Shown: positions 26,367 through 40,009 of the stretch, piece by piece | Numbering within the stretch: the first letter of the stretch is position 1 | How the letters are laid out: every line of letters begins with the position of its first letter | Assembly (NCBI GenBank): GCA_951406725.2 | Contig: OX597829.1 | Span: forward strand, 9,238,001-9,302,000 | Direction of reading: 5' to 3' | Length of the DNA stretch: 64,000 bases | Source of the DNA: Octopus vulgaris | Taxonomy: Eukaryota | The notes under the pieces: model-generated | The model's database searches: none | Told to the model about the DNA's origin: nothing | Seen by the model: the letters and a program-made list of their open reading frames with translations, nothing else | Program-made: the position numbers and the translations under genes

Positions 26367-26463
26367 ACACTGATGAAAATGACAATGCAAAAATTTAATT
26401 ATAATTACTATGGTTATGATTTTATTTTGCATATTTGTTTTGTCGTTTGAAACGCGAGTATGT
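26367..26463 (+). ncRNA. Hammerhead-like motif with long stem II
   Basis: ACA-CUGAUGA-AAAUGACAA..UUGUCGUUU-GAAAC-GCGA-GUA-UGU. Confidence 0.6.
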
Positions 26464-26629
26464 ATTGAATCCTATTTTGTATTAAATCTAATTTTGATTC
26501 AACATCTTTTTGTCTTCCATTTTCCTATAATTGTTTGTGGTATTTTTATAATTAGAACGAACCGCGTGTGTATCGCTGGCGATTTTCTTTCTCCGTCTTC
26601 CCCTCTTTGGACTTTTTCTTTGTTTCTGT

Positions 26630-26664
26630 ATTTCTGACGAAGAGCTCCGCTCGAAACGTGGAAT
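26630..26664 (+). ncRNA. Minimal hammerhead-like motif, probably inactive (GUG triplet)
   Basis: AUUU-CUGACGA-A-GAGC-UCC-GCUC-GAAAC-GUG-GAAU. Confidence 0.55.
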
Positions 26665-26759
26665 CCTCCTTCTTTCTTTCATTTCCTGAGCGTCCAATAA
26701 CACTGTACTTATTCCACGTCTTCGCGTTGTGTTTTCTCTTTGTTCATGTTTGGATCAAC

Positions 26760-26808
<49 letters not shown>

Positions 26809-27249
26809 AATTTATATATATATTACTTCTTGGAATATATGTTTTCGTCATTAAAGCTAAATTCAGCCAAAATAAATCATTGCTTTCTAAATTTCGATAT
26901 TTTTTATTTGATTACCAAACCGGGTACTAGAGTGGATGGAATTTTCTTAGCAACGTTTATGTAATGACCTAGAATCGTCCATGCTTGTTATTTCTCGTTT
27001 GCGGACTCTATGGCTTAGAAGTTTACTTCGCGGTCGCAATCAAATGGCTGCAAAACGAAAGCAGTAACTAGTAAACGATTAAAAACAAATGTATGTATGT
27101 CCTTCACTTTCTATGTCGAAGTGTAGCCTCTCGTTCCAAATATAACAGACATGAAACTAAAAGTGTATTTTGGGTTTTGAATTTGCAAACTTGTTGATCA
27201 ATTATCTTTAGATGTCTTCTTCCTTTTGTATTTTTCTTATCAATTTGTG

Positions 27250-27700
27250 TCCAGGGAGTGGCTGAATTCCAGAACAGAACATATCCTTTCTTTTCGGGTC
27301 AGCACAACAGTACCTGGCCGGTTGTGTTTTGACTTGGTGGCTGTTTTAATATCCAATTTCCCCCAATAGTCTTTTCGGCCAATTGTCTTAATATGATAAA
27401 TTTCGTTTGTAGGAAGTCTGTGTTGGATTCCCTTGTTTGAACATGATCGGCCATCGATTTGTTAGTAACGTTTTCAAGGTAAGTGTCTTGATTTGAACGT
27501 CACCATTTAAAACTTGAAAAAGTATTGAAGATTTTCAGTATAAGAACTAAGGATTTCTATTCTCTCCAAAAGAAACCAAGTTCATTCTTTCTTTTTTTCC
27601 AGACAGGCTGGAATGTATCCTGTTGCTGCAATAATTATAGGCATGAATTTAAAAGTGTACCTCAAGTGTAGGATTTGCAAACTCGTTTATCGATGATATT
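27250..27700 (-). mobile_element. Degraded R4/Dong-like endonuclease-region fragment
   Basis: Minus strand IKTATKSKHNR(P) and YTFKFMPIIIA resemble ORF 56558-56896. Confidence 0.5.
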
Positions 27701-27924
27701 TAGATATCTTGCATATTCCTAACCACAATGGTGTCCAGAGAACGACCGATTTCCTGGACATAATATATAATTAATTGCAGTGCCACGCAACGATATATAT
27801 CCGGTTGTGTTTTAACCTGGCAGATGTTTTCCCTTTTAAACTCTATCGATATTCTTTTGAACTACCCCGATGTCAATACGCTGAGTTTTCTGGGTATTTT
27901 TCTTCTTTCTAATCCTGTTTCTTT

Positions 27925-28120
27925 TCTTTTATTCTGTTATTCGTTTCAGTCATTTGACTGCGGCCATACTGGAGCACCTGCTTTACTCGAACAAATCAAT
28001 CCCAGGACTTATTATTTGTAAGCCTATTCTATCGGCTACTATTTACGGAGACGTAAACACACCAGCATCGGTTGCAAGCGATGCTGGGGAGACAAACACA
28101 GACCCAAACACACACATTTA
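27925..28120 (-). mobile_element. SINE family A 3' half
   Basis: cagtcatttgactgcggccatactggagcacc..cccaggacttta..acaccagcatcggttg. Confidence 0.75.
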
Positions 28121-28183
28121 TATAAATATATACATACATACATATATATACATACATACATACATATATATATATATATATCA

Positions 28184-28428
28184 CCGTGATCGACCAGGCT
28201 ATCAGATGTTGCTACACATCGCTGGTCACAATGCTCTTCGCATTGTTTTAGCCTTCAAATGACACCATTCCGTTGGCTAAGCGAGCAGGCCTACAGAAGA
28301 GAGAGAGAAAGTTGTAGCGAAAGAGTACAGCAGGGAACACCCCACCCCTTTAGGTGTTTTCGCTCAATAAACTCTGACAATCCTACAACCGCAAGTCCGC
28401 TGCCCTAACCACGGTGCCATTGCGCCTC

Positions 28429-28430
<2 letters not shown>
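28184..28430 (-). mobile_element. tRNA-SINE family B copy
   Basis: Head tggaggcgcaatggcaccgtggttagggcagcggacttgcgg on the minus strand; tail shared with 4510-4615. Confidence 0.8.
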
Positions 28431-28510
<80 letters not shown>

Positions 28511-28535
28511 TTATATATATGTATATATATATATG

Positions 28536-28601
<66 letters not shown>

Positions 28602-28904
28602 CATACATATATATATATATATGTATATATATATATTTATATATATATATATATATATATATACAAAGGTAATAATTTTTTTACAACTATAAATAAGGGT
28701 GCCTGAGAGACACCACCATGCCGAAATAGCAGTCAAATCCCTGACTCTAAAAACCACCTTAACTGTTCATATCGTACCATGAGATAAGACAGAGAGACAA
28801 AATAGACTAGCAAAAAGATATTACTGAATAATTCAAATATATATATATATAGGGATTGTATTATTAAAATATCATCACAAGTGGTAAGCGAATTATATAT
28901 ATAT

Positions 28905-29023
28905 AAATATATACGACGAGCTTCTTTCAGTTTACGTCTACCATATCCATTCACAATGACTTGATCGGCCCGAGGTTATAGTTGACGAAACGCGCCCAAG
29001 GTGCCTCGCAGTAGAATTGAACC
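28905..29023 (-). mobile_element. SINE family A 5' fragment
   Basis: cgacgagcttctttcagttt..gcccgagg..cccaaggtgcc matches 30220-30330. Confidence 0.7.
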
Positions 29024-29857
29024 TGTGTGTGTATATGCGTGTGTGAATGTGTATATATATTCATCTGAATATATGTGTGTGTGTATGCGTGTGTGAACAT
29101 ACAGATAGGGTTAGGTGTAAAGGCTTATGAGACAAAATTTCATCGAAATTCTCTGCAGGCTATTTGGAGAAATTCGTAGAATTGTAGGATATTTGTGATT
29201 CCGAGTTCGACTTTCCACCAATTCGCCAGCGAATTTATTATTTTTTTTTTCTATTCATGTATTATTAGCCTTTTAAAAGTTGATATATAGTAATTTCGAG
29301 CATGAAGGATAATGTATTATTATATTTTAATAGTTTGTTTTAACAATGCTCTCACGGAATTTAGCAAGTTGTCAGTTTTAGAAAATTTACGGAATACTAC
29401 AGTATTACTATACGAACAGTACGGTGTATTACACACCGGACTGTAATAGAGATGAAGGATTTTTTTTCTTATATGAAAGACAACTTATTAAGAGTAAAGC
29501 AACGGAGGCCAATCAAACGGAATATAATTGCAATAAATACAATTTTCAGATATCAAGATTAGTTTCCCAGTATTCTCCTACATGTGTATGTATACATGTA
29601 TATATATTCGTCTATGTGTGTATACGCGTGTTTAAGTGTGTGCATGTTTGTGTTGTTCTCCTGTGGGTGTATATATGTGCGTGTGTTGCTATTATGCAAA
29701 TGTGTCCTAACCCCAAAACGTTCCTGTTTTGCCCCATTCCATAGCCAAACCATTTCATTATAACATGGATAATTTTTTATTGGCATCTACGCATCTGAAG
29801 TAGCAGGAGATGCGATATTTTGAACAAAAGTACAACGTATTGCTAGAAAAATTAATA

Positions 29858-30706
29858 CCGTAAATCCTCGAGTATAGTCCGCCTTTGAGTGTATAATACG
29901 CATCCCTTCTCTAACTTCAGTCATGGAGGTCTATATAACGTCGTTGGTTTGTAAAAATGTATACGGCTACGTACTCTTTTACTCTTTTACTTGTTTCAGT
30001 CATTTGACTGCGGCCATGCTGGAGCACCGCCATTAGTCGAGCAAATCGATCCCCGGGACTTATTCTTTGTAAGCCTAGTACTTATTCTATCGGTCTCTTT
30101 TGCCGAACCGCTAGGTTACAGCGATGTAAACACACCAGCATCGGTTGTCAAACGATGTTGTGGGGACAAACACAAACACAGACGCACAAACACACACACA
30201 CATATATATAGATATATACGACGGGCTTCTTTCAGTTTCCGTCTACCAAATCCACTCACAAGGCTTTGATCGACCCGAGGCTATAGTAGAAGACACTTGC
30301 CCAAGGTACCACGCAGTGGGACTGAACCCGGAACCATGTGGTTGGTAAGCAAGCTACTTACCACACAGCCAGTCCTGCGCCTATACTTTATTATTATTGT
30401 ATATATAACATAATGCAAACGTGTTGCAGAAAATAAAGAAATAACAGTAATAACGTTTAATAAATGTTGCTTACTGCAAGTTATGGATGATTCTTTTATG
30501 ACTTCATTGCTTTCAGGCTTAGCTTAAGGTATTTTCGCGCCCGACATCATAAAATGCGTCTGAATAAACATTGCCGGACAGCAAATTGAGACTGGGACAT
30601 TGCTTAGAAAAGAATGTTCATTTTTAACCTCGTGTATAATACGCACCAGTGATTTTGACCTTTAAATTTTGGGGAAAAAATGCGGATTATACTCGAGTAT
30701 TTACGG
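29858..30706. mobile_element. Tc1/mariner-pogo-type MITE with TA target duplication, interrupted by a SINE
   Basis: TIRs ccgtaaatcctcgagtatagtccgc / gcggattatactcgagtatttacgg, each flanked by TA. Confidence 0.8.
29972..30382 (-). mobile_element. SINE family A, full length
   Basis: Head taggcgcaggactggctgtgtggtaagtagc through tail aagtaaaagagtaaaagagt on the minus strand. Confidence 0.88.
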
Positions 30707-31061
30707 TATTTAATGAGTTCAATTCTCGATATTTGTATTGTTTTTACCAAGTTAGCAATCTATCAACTGCCATATGATTTTACCTCGTAAATCTGGACAC
30801 TGATCTACATTCATTTCGTTGATATTATATTAAACTCTCGTAAGTCCAAATTTAGTCAAATATTCATTTTTTTGTCCTTGCAACAGGTGGTAGTTTTGGT
30901 CAAAAATGAAGGTGAATGACAATGGCTTTACAGAAAGTATAAACAACATCAGAGAGGAGCTGTGTTTGGATTATGTCTTTGCGATATTGTATTCTATCGA
31001 CGATAATACAGCCTCACTCTGTGTTTGAGTTCAAGATGATGGCTCACGATGAAGTCAGATC

Positions 31062-31065
<4 letters not shown>

Positions 31066-31096
<31 letters not shown>

Positions 31097-31665
31097 TGTA
31101 TGTATGTATGTATGTATGTATGTATGTATGTATGTATGTATGTATGTATGTATGTATGTATGTATGTATGTATGTATGTATGTATGTATGTATGTATATA
31201 TGTATGTATGTATGTATGCATTCATGCATGTATGTATGTATGTATGTATGTATGTATGCATGCATGTATGTATGTATGTATGTATGTATGCATGTATGTA
31301 TGCATGTATGTATGTATGTATTTATGTGTGTATGTATGTATGTATGTATGTATGTATGTATGTATGTATGTATGTATGCATGCATGCACGTATGTATGTA
31401 TATATGTATGTATGTATGCATGCATGTATGTATGTATGTATGTATGCATGTATGTATGCATGTATGTATGTATGTATTTATGTGTGTATGTATGTATGTA
31501 TGTATGTATGTACGTATGTATGTATGTATGTATGTATGTATGTATGTATGCATGCATGCATGTATGTATGTATGTATGTATGTATGGATGGATGGATGGA
31601 TGGATGGATGGATGGATGGATGTATGTATGTATGTGCGAATGTATGTATGTATTGCCTATGTATG

Positions 31666-31696
<31 letters not shown>

Positions 31697-31872
31697 GTAT
31701 GTTTGCATGCATGTATGTATGTATGGATGGATGGATGGATGTATGTGTGTATGTATGTATGTATGTATGCATGTATGTATGGATGTATGGATGTATGGAT
31801 GTATATATGTATGGATGGATGTGTGTATGTATGTATGTATGTGTTTGTGTATGTATGTATGTATGTATGTAT
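31066..31872. repeat. ~800 bp (TATG)n/(GATG)n microsatellite
   Basis: Direct reading; source of the 348 aa spurious ORF. Confidence 0.98.
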
Positions 31873-32809
31873 GTTAATACCCTCCTCAGATGCTACTATG
31901 ACGCTAAGTTGTGGGTACAGGAGGTGGTCAAACTCTGCGCAAGGAGTACCCAACCACCACCATATATGAATGTATATAAGTATGTAGGTATGTATATATG
32001 CTTGCATGCAAGCATATAGATATGTACATGTGACCTGCTGATTTCCAGACCGGAACATATCTCTTGATTTTGGTCTGACACAACGGTATTTGACCGGTTG
32101 TGTTTTAAGTTGGTGGTTGTTTTTAATTTTTAATTTCTCCTAATAGTATTTTCACCCCTTTGCCTCAGTAGGATAATCTTCATTTTTTAGCTATTTTCTC
32201 TTTTGTTTTCCTCTTCCAGACTGTTATGCCTTATGGGAAGACAATATGTCGAAGACATTCTCCCGAAGCTGGTAACAGTATGGTTGATGTGTGTGTTTGT
32301 GTGTATGTGGACATGTATGTTTGTGCTGTCTGTGTGTTTATGTGTGAACATAGATAAGAAACGTGTACAGTTTTAGCCCCATTTGCAGGAAGTTAATTTG
32401 GTGCAAATCGGATAGTTCTTGTGTTGTTATGATTCTTAGTTCGAAGCAGTCTGCGATATTACTTTTTTTGTTCTGATATGTTATCAGTTTAGTAAAATTT
32501 GTTATATAGAAATTTGGAAAAGAAATATAACGTATTATGTTTTATAATAGTTTTGAATGAAATAAAAACGGTATTAACACTCATTGAATCCCGCGCTCAT
32601 GATTTAGATATCTGTATTAGAAACTTCACGGAATACAAAATGAATATACCAAGAGTACAGTGAGTTGCACACCGGACAGACACACAGATGAGTGACTTTT
32701 TCTTGAAAGTCTAAAACAACGGAGGCCAAACAAACGGAATATAATTTCTATAAATACAAGTTTCAGGTATTAAAACTAATTCTGAACTATTGCCTCAAAT
32801 ACGTGAGTG

Positions 32810-32862
<53 letters not shown>

Positions 32863-34547
32863 GTGCATATATTTTTATATGTTTGTAAGCTGGTTAGCAT
32901 GTGCGTGTGCGTGTGCTTTGAGGATGTGCATAAAGGTTTGGACTGTGTCTCTGAGTGTAAAAATGTGCATCTGTTAACATATCAATGTAGAATGGTGCGC
33001 AGATTTATCAGGCAAAGTTTTAAGCCAGTTGCCAGCATGCTATTTTAATATAAATATTTCAACTGTCGAGAATTGAACTTTTAATTGTGAGTTCGATCAA
33101 TATTATAGTCGCACAAAAACTTTTATTTCACTTAAGATTTGTTTCTTTTCAAATATATTTTGCATAAAATTTTTCAGAATTAAATGGCAAAATATCTTTA
33201 ATTATATTTTGAAATTAAATAGATATTTCATTATTACTCAACTAGCAAGACCCGTGAATATTTCAAACCACTTGCGTTGTATCTCAAAACTTCATCCAAA
33301 TCAAAAAAAGAAAATGTGTACAGATTTATGTGACAAAATTTCATCGCAATTCCCAGCGGGCTACTTTGGCGACAAACCTAGAGTTGTAGGATATTGGTTA
33401 TTCCGAGTTCAATTGTCTTCAAAGCAGCCAGCGAATTTACTATTATTATTTTTTTCTACTCAAGTATTATTACCCTTTTAAAAGTTGATATATATTAATT
33501 TTGAGCATGAAGGATAAGGTATTATGGTTTATAATAGTTTGTTCACTAGAAATTAAGCAAGTTGAAGGCCTAAATGTCTGATTTAGAAAATTTATGGAAT
33601 ACTATAGTATTACTATGCCAAGGTCACGATGTATTACACATCGGACTGTAATAGAGATGAATGGATTTTTTTCTTATATGAAAGAGAACTTACCAAGAGT
33701 AAAGCAACGGAGGCCAATCAAACGAAATATAATCTCAATAAATACAATTGTCAGATATTAAAATTAGTTCCCGAGTTTTCTCTCAGAAATGTGTGTGTAT
33801 GTATGCATGCTTATAGATTCGTCTATGTGAGTATATGTGCTTATGTGTTGTTTTTCATTTAGATACGCATGTGTCAGAATGTGTGTGAATGTTTGTGTTG
33901 TTTTCCTGTGTGTGTATATATGTGTTTTTGTTGCTATTATGCATGTGTGTAGAAAGCACAAAATGTTCCTGCTTTGCACCATTCCATAGCCAAACCGTTT
34001 TGTTATAAATTTGACAATTTTTGATATCTTGGTTAAAATAGTATAACTGACGAGAATTGAACTTTCAATTGTGAAGTCAATTTATATGAATGTGGCATAT
34101 AGAATTCTTGTTGCACTTATTATCAGGAATAAAAGATAAAATATCTTTAATAATATTTTGAAATTAAAGAAATATAGCACATATACACAATAACTCCTAA
34201 AACATGCGCAATTCTTTCTTAGTATAGAGAGTCCAATTCGGACTTTGAAACGTATCTAGTAAGTATGTTTAAATTATTGTACAATAGATTCTTGTTGAAA
34301 CCAGGGATCAAATTATGCCCCTTGAAACTTTACTCAGTTCCATAGCTTTACACACGTACGCGCACACACAGACACATACACACACAGATACACACATATG
34401 TAGATTGTACTTTTTTTTTTTTTTTGCACTGTTAATGTTTTCATTTCGTGATATATATTTTCGTCACTTATAGTAATATTGTGCTAAAATATTCTTTGCT
34501 CTCTAATTTTCGAAATTTATAACTTGAGCAGGAAACGAAGAACATGA

Positions 34548-34611
<64 letters not shown>

Positions 34612-34612
<1 letters not shown>

Positions 34613-34800
34613 TGTATATATGTTTGTCTGTCTGTGTTTGTCCCCCCAACATCGCTGACAACTGGTGCTGGTGTGTTTACGTCCCGTAACTTAGCGGTTC
34701 GACAAAGAGCGGTTCTTACAAAGAATAGGTCCTGGGGTCGATTTGCTCGACTAAAGGCGGTGCTCTAGCATGGCCACAGTCAAATGACTGAGACAAGTAA
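34612..34800 (+). mobile_element. SINE family A 3' half
   Basis: gtccccccaacatcgc..cctggggtcgatttgctcgactaaaggcggtgc..caaatgactga. Confidence 0.78.
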
Positions 34801-34849
34801 ATTAGTAAATGAGTACATACGTGTATTTATAACTAAATGCATACATGCA

Positions 34850-35108
34850 TTAATACATACATCCATACAAGCATAAAATCATGAATACACACACACATAC
34901 AAACATACATACATACATATATACATACACACATACATACATACATACGCACATACATACATAAATACATGCATACATACATACATACATACATTCATAC
35001 ATACATACATACATACATACATACATACATTCATACATACATACATACATACATGCATGCATGCATGCATGCATGCATGCATACATACATACATACATGC
35101 ATACATAC

Positions 35109-35139
<31 letters not shown>

Positions 35140-35437
35140 CATACATACATTCATACATACATACATACATACATACATACATACATACATACATACATAC
35201 ATACATACATACATACATACATACATACATACATACATACATGCATACATACATACATACATACATACATACATACATACATACATACATACATACATAC
35301 ATACATACATACATACATACATACATGCATGCATGCATGCATACATACATACATACATGCATACATACATACATACAAACATACATACATACATACGTAC
35401 ATACATACATACATACATACATACATACATACATACA

Positions 35438-35471
<34 letters not shown>

Positions 35472-35625
35472 CATACATACATACATACATACATACATAC
35501 ATACATACATACATACATACATACATGCATGCATGCATGCATACATACATACATACATGCATACATACATACATACATACATACATACATACATACATAC
35601 ATACATACATGCATACATACATACA
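34850..35625. repeat. (CATA)n microsatellite
   Basis: Direct reading. Confidence 0.98.
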
Positions 35626-36879
35626 CCAATGTGGTTAGAATAATGGAGAGTAAAATAGAACATCTAAAGTATTTTCATCCCTTTGCCTCACAAGGATAAT
35701 CTTTATTTTTTGCCATTTTATGTTTTGTTTTCCTCTTCCAGACTGTTATGACCTCTTGGAAGACAATATGTGGAAGACAGTCTCCCGAAACTGGCAACAA
35801 TGCGGTTGATGTGTGTGCTAGTGTGTATATGCATGTGTCTGTTTGTGTTGTGTGTGTGTTTATGTGCATGTGAACATAGATGGGGAAACGTGTACAGATT
35901 TATGAGGCAAAGTTTTAGCCCCATTTGCAGGAAATTAATTTAGTGCAAATCGGATACTTCTTGTGTTGTTTTGATTCTAAGTTAGAAGCGGTCTGCGGCA
36001 TTACTTTCAAATTAAAGAAATATTGCATTTATACTCAACTAGCAGGACCCGTGAATATTCCAAGGAACTATTGGTAAACCAATTACGTGGTATCTCAAAA
36101 TTTTATCCAAAGAAAAAAAAAAAGTAAAGATGTACAGATTTATGTGACAAAATTTCATCCTCTTTCCCAGCGGGCTACTTTGGCGACAATCCTAGAGTTG
36201 TAGGATATTTAAAATATATATATATGTCTACGAAGCAGCCTGCGAATTTACTATTATTATTTTTTTTCTACTCAAGTATTATTACCCTTTTAAAAGTTGA
36301 TATATATTAATTTTGAGCATGAAGGATAAGTTATTATGTTTTGTGATAGTTTGTGCGCTACAAATTAAGCAAGTTGAAGGCGTATATGTCTGTTTTAGAA
36401 AATTTACGGAATACGATACTGTTACTATACCAAGAGCATAGTGTATTACACATCGGATTGTAATTGCGAGGAATGGATTTTTCTTACATTAGAACCAACT
36501 TATCTCGAGTAAAGCAACGGAGGCCAACCGAGAGTTTAGTAGATCCAATATTCTTCATTGGAATTTCAACATCAACAACAGGATATTTTTGTATGCATGT
36601 ATGTAAGTATGTATGTATGTAATGTATGTATGTATATATGTATGTATGTTTATATGTATGTATGCTTGTATGTATATATGTAAATGCAGATTTGTATGTT
36701 ATCTATATATATTCTCATGCATATAATTACATATCTAGACATGCTCGTACACACAGACATGCAGGAAATAAATAGATACCTTTCATTTTCAGAATTTCTG
36801 ATCTAAGCGTCATAATGTTTTCAGCGGTCTAGAATTTACAATGTAATTATTCTTTTTCATTCCAGGTGCCATTATACTA

Positions 36880-37160
36880 AATATTTGCGAAGCGTAACCA
36901 TGACACTCACAAAAAATTCAGCAGAACTGTCAGATTTTGAAAGAGGTCAATCTGAGATTTGTCTTAGCCAGCGAAAATCTTCAAATTACTTTTGCTACTG
37001 TTAATAGTATATAGAGTAATTCAAAAGTCAAGGAAAAGAATCAACAGATTCTCGTCCCGGCCGATCTGGGCCCTCGGAAAGAAAGCTTCGCTGTCTGAAG
37101 AGAATTGTGGAAAACCGACCATGTTCGAAGCCTTCTGACATTGCAAAATAATATTGTTTG
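36880..37160 (+). mobile_element. Tc1-like transposase N-terminal remnant
   Basis: ATG 36900 MTLTKNSAELSDFERGQ (ELSDFERG is typical of Tc1 HTH starts), followed by RPGR and ERKLRCLKRIVENRP in broken frames. Confidence 0.6.
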
Positions 37161-37389
37161 GATTATTGCGTGAAAAGTGGGCAGAAATTGCACAAGAGAG
37201 ACAATCACAAATCTCATCAGTTCAATGCCAAAAAGAGTTTCTGAATTAAAAACTGCAAAGGGAATTTCAATTAAATACTAAAGTATTTAGTCCTACCTTT
37301 CGATTACGTTTCAATTGTTCGCTTTGCGTATTAAATAAAATATTTTGAAAATTAAAGGTGTCTATTTACTTCCTGCATATCTGTGTAGA

Positions 37390-37890
37390 TATAAATGATA
37401 AATTTCAGGAAAGTGTTACATAATTTTCGAGTTCCAGTGATGGATTGGATCAGTAGTCTTGGAATTAGTTTTCTGCTTTCTAGTTGAGAAGCCTAATTTC
37501 TCAAGATAGGTATTTAGGCAGTGTTGTTACGTGTACATGGGCCGCAATATGTACAGGTATAAACCTGAAGTTGCGATCTGGATAGAGTAACTGCAGATTT
37601 CTCAATAGTTCAACGTAAGTGTTCTCTTTTTCACTGATCTTCAGCTTTATGTTAACGTCTACTGAGCAGCTAATTTCTGCAAGTGCGCCCACTTTCCCTT
37701 CTCTATTCCAAAACATTATATTAGGTCTGATGCGCTTACATTTTATTGAGGTCTTCACTGGTACATTCCACCACTATCCGTTTTATATTATGAGTGGCTA
37801 CGGCTTCTACCATATTCTAGGTTCTTGTTTCTTAGTCGTCGGGATTATCCTTTCGACGGGTTTCGTTATAGTGTCCTAGCTACATGTCAA
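37390..37890 (-). mobile_element. R4/Dong-like LINE 3' fragment (restriction-like endonuclease region)
   Basis: ORF 37501-37758 RPNIMFWN..AEISCSVDVNIKLKISEKENTY..LRNLQLLYPD; paralog of 56558-56896. Confidence 0.75.
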
Positions 37891-38869
37891 ATCTCATCGG
37901 TAAATAATAACGTACTATATTTTATAATAGTTTTGAATGAAATAAAAACGGTATTAACTCTCATTGAATCTCGCGCTCATGATATCAAGACTAAAATAAC
38001 GGAGGCCAAGCAAACGGAATATAATCTCTATAAATACAACTTTTAGGTATTAAAATTAATTCTGAAATATTGCCTCAAATATATGAGTGTATATATATAT
38101 ATATATATGCATATATTTTTATATGTTTGTATATGAGTGAATGTGCTGGTTAGCATGTACATGTGCGTGTGATTTGAGCATGTGCATTTACGTTTGTGCT
38201 GTTTGTCTGTGTGTATATCTGTGCATCTGTTAACATATCAATGTAGAATGGTGAACAGATTTATGAGGCAAATTTTCTTGCTAGTTGCCAGCATTCTATT
38301 TTAATATAAATATTTCAACTGTCGAGAATTGAACTTTAAATCGTGAGTTCGATCGTAGAACTTTTATTTCACTTAAGATTTGTTTCTTTTCAAATATATT
38401 TTGCATAAAATGTTTCAGGAGTAAATGGCAAAATATCTTTTGAAATTAAATAGATATTTCATTATTACTCAACTAGCAAGACCCGTGAATATTTCAAGGA
38501 ACTATTGGTAAACCGATTGCGTTGTATCTCAAAACCAGAAAAGGTGTACAAGTTTATGAAACAAAAATTTCATCCTAATTTCCAGCGAGCTACTTTGGCG
38601 ACAGTCGTACAGTTGTAGGATTGTTGTAATTCCGAGTGCGGTTGTTATCCAGGTAGCTCGCGGAATTATTAAAATTTTTTTTCTATTCAAGTATTATTAG
38701 CCTTTTAAAAGTTCATATATAGTAATTTCAAGCATGAAGGATAATGTATTATTTTCTTTTAATAGTTTGTTTTAACAATGCTCTCAATCTAAATTTGCCT
38801 TTTATAGAACTATCTTCGATACTTCATGAGTGTAGCCTTACCCCCTAGGATGCTTGGAGAAATCATGTG

Positions 38870-38960
38870 TTTTGGCTGATGAGTACGGGACACTTGTATT
38901 TGCTGCAATATTTGCAGCTTTTAATAAAGCTGGTCTTCGTATGAAACAATTGTACTGAAA
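38870..38960 (+). ncRNA. Type I hammerhead ribozyme-like motif
   Basis: UUUUGG-CUGAUGA-GUACG..CGUAU-GAAAC-AAUU-GUA-CUGAAA; palindromic stem III, stem I with G.U pairs. Confidence 0.7.
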
Positions 38961-38999
38961 AACTAATCCATTCTTGTTGCTTTTTTTTTTTATTGTTTA

Positions 39000-39061
<62 letters not shown>

Positions 39062-39084
39062 TTTATACGTATATATATATAAAA

Positions 39085-39861
39085 GTCTATATGTGTAAGT
39101 GTCTATATGACTGTGTGTACTTGTATATATGTATAAGGTTATATGTGCAACTAAGACGTTGTATCCATTCACCGTTAGACGATGGTGAGAGTGACAAACG
39201 CACACATATATATATATATGTGTGTGTCTGTCTATATAAATGTATAAGTGTGTATATATACAAGCTTCAACAAGGTAACAGTCATGTATACAACTTGAAC
39301 TGATACATATCATTACAGAAACATACGTTCACATGTACATACACATGTACACACACACAGACACGTCTACACACCCTCCTAAATACTCACACACATACGT
39401 AAGTACATACGTACATACATGCGTGTAGCCATGCACACATACATGTACACACATACACACACACACAAACACGTCTACACACATACATTCATACATACAC
39501 ACATACATTCATACATACATACATACATACATACACACATACATACACACACACATGCATACATACATACATACATACATACATACATACATACATACAT
39601 ACATACATACGTACACACACACACACACATACATACGTACATACATACATACATACATACATACACACACACATACATACGTACATATATATATGATGAA
39701 CTAACTGTTACTTTCTCAGATGCAGCACGGAGTTTTGTCAGTGAAGAGGTCGCGGTCTGAAAGCGACGAAAATATTTTGACAAATCAAATTTAAATGGTG
39801 AAGTGAATCTAACGGTTTTTGTGTGTTTCTTAAATGGCTTATAAACACCTTCCACGCTACA

Positions 39862-39866
<5 letters not shown>
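39085..39866 (-). repeat. Inverted partial copy of the 10303-11060 foldback element (spacer + microsatellite + one arm)
   Basis: 39100-39355 is the reverse complement of ~10795-11050; 39695-39866 matches 11325-11495. Confidence 0.88.
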
Positions 39867-39923
<57 letters not shown>

Positions 39924-40009
39924 CATATACATATATATACATATATATATATACATATATATAAATATATTTGTTTGTTTGTGTGTGTGTGTGTGTGTAG
40001 ATACACACA

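Noticed and set aside
30887-31030. Exon after a polypyrimidine-cag acceptor
   Set aside because: No convincing donor or recognisable peptide
30973-32019. 348 aa ORF, and the many other MYVC/HTYI/IYIY/YLSI ORFs
   Set aside because: Translations of (TATG)n, (CATA)n, (TA)n and (TATC)n microsatellites, which lack stops in several frames
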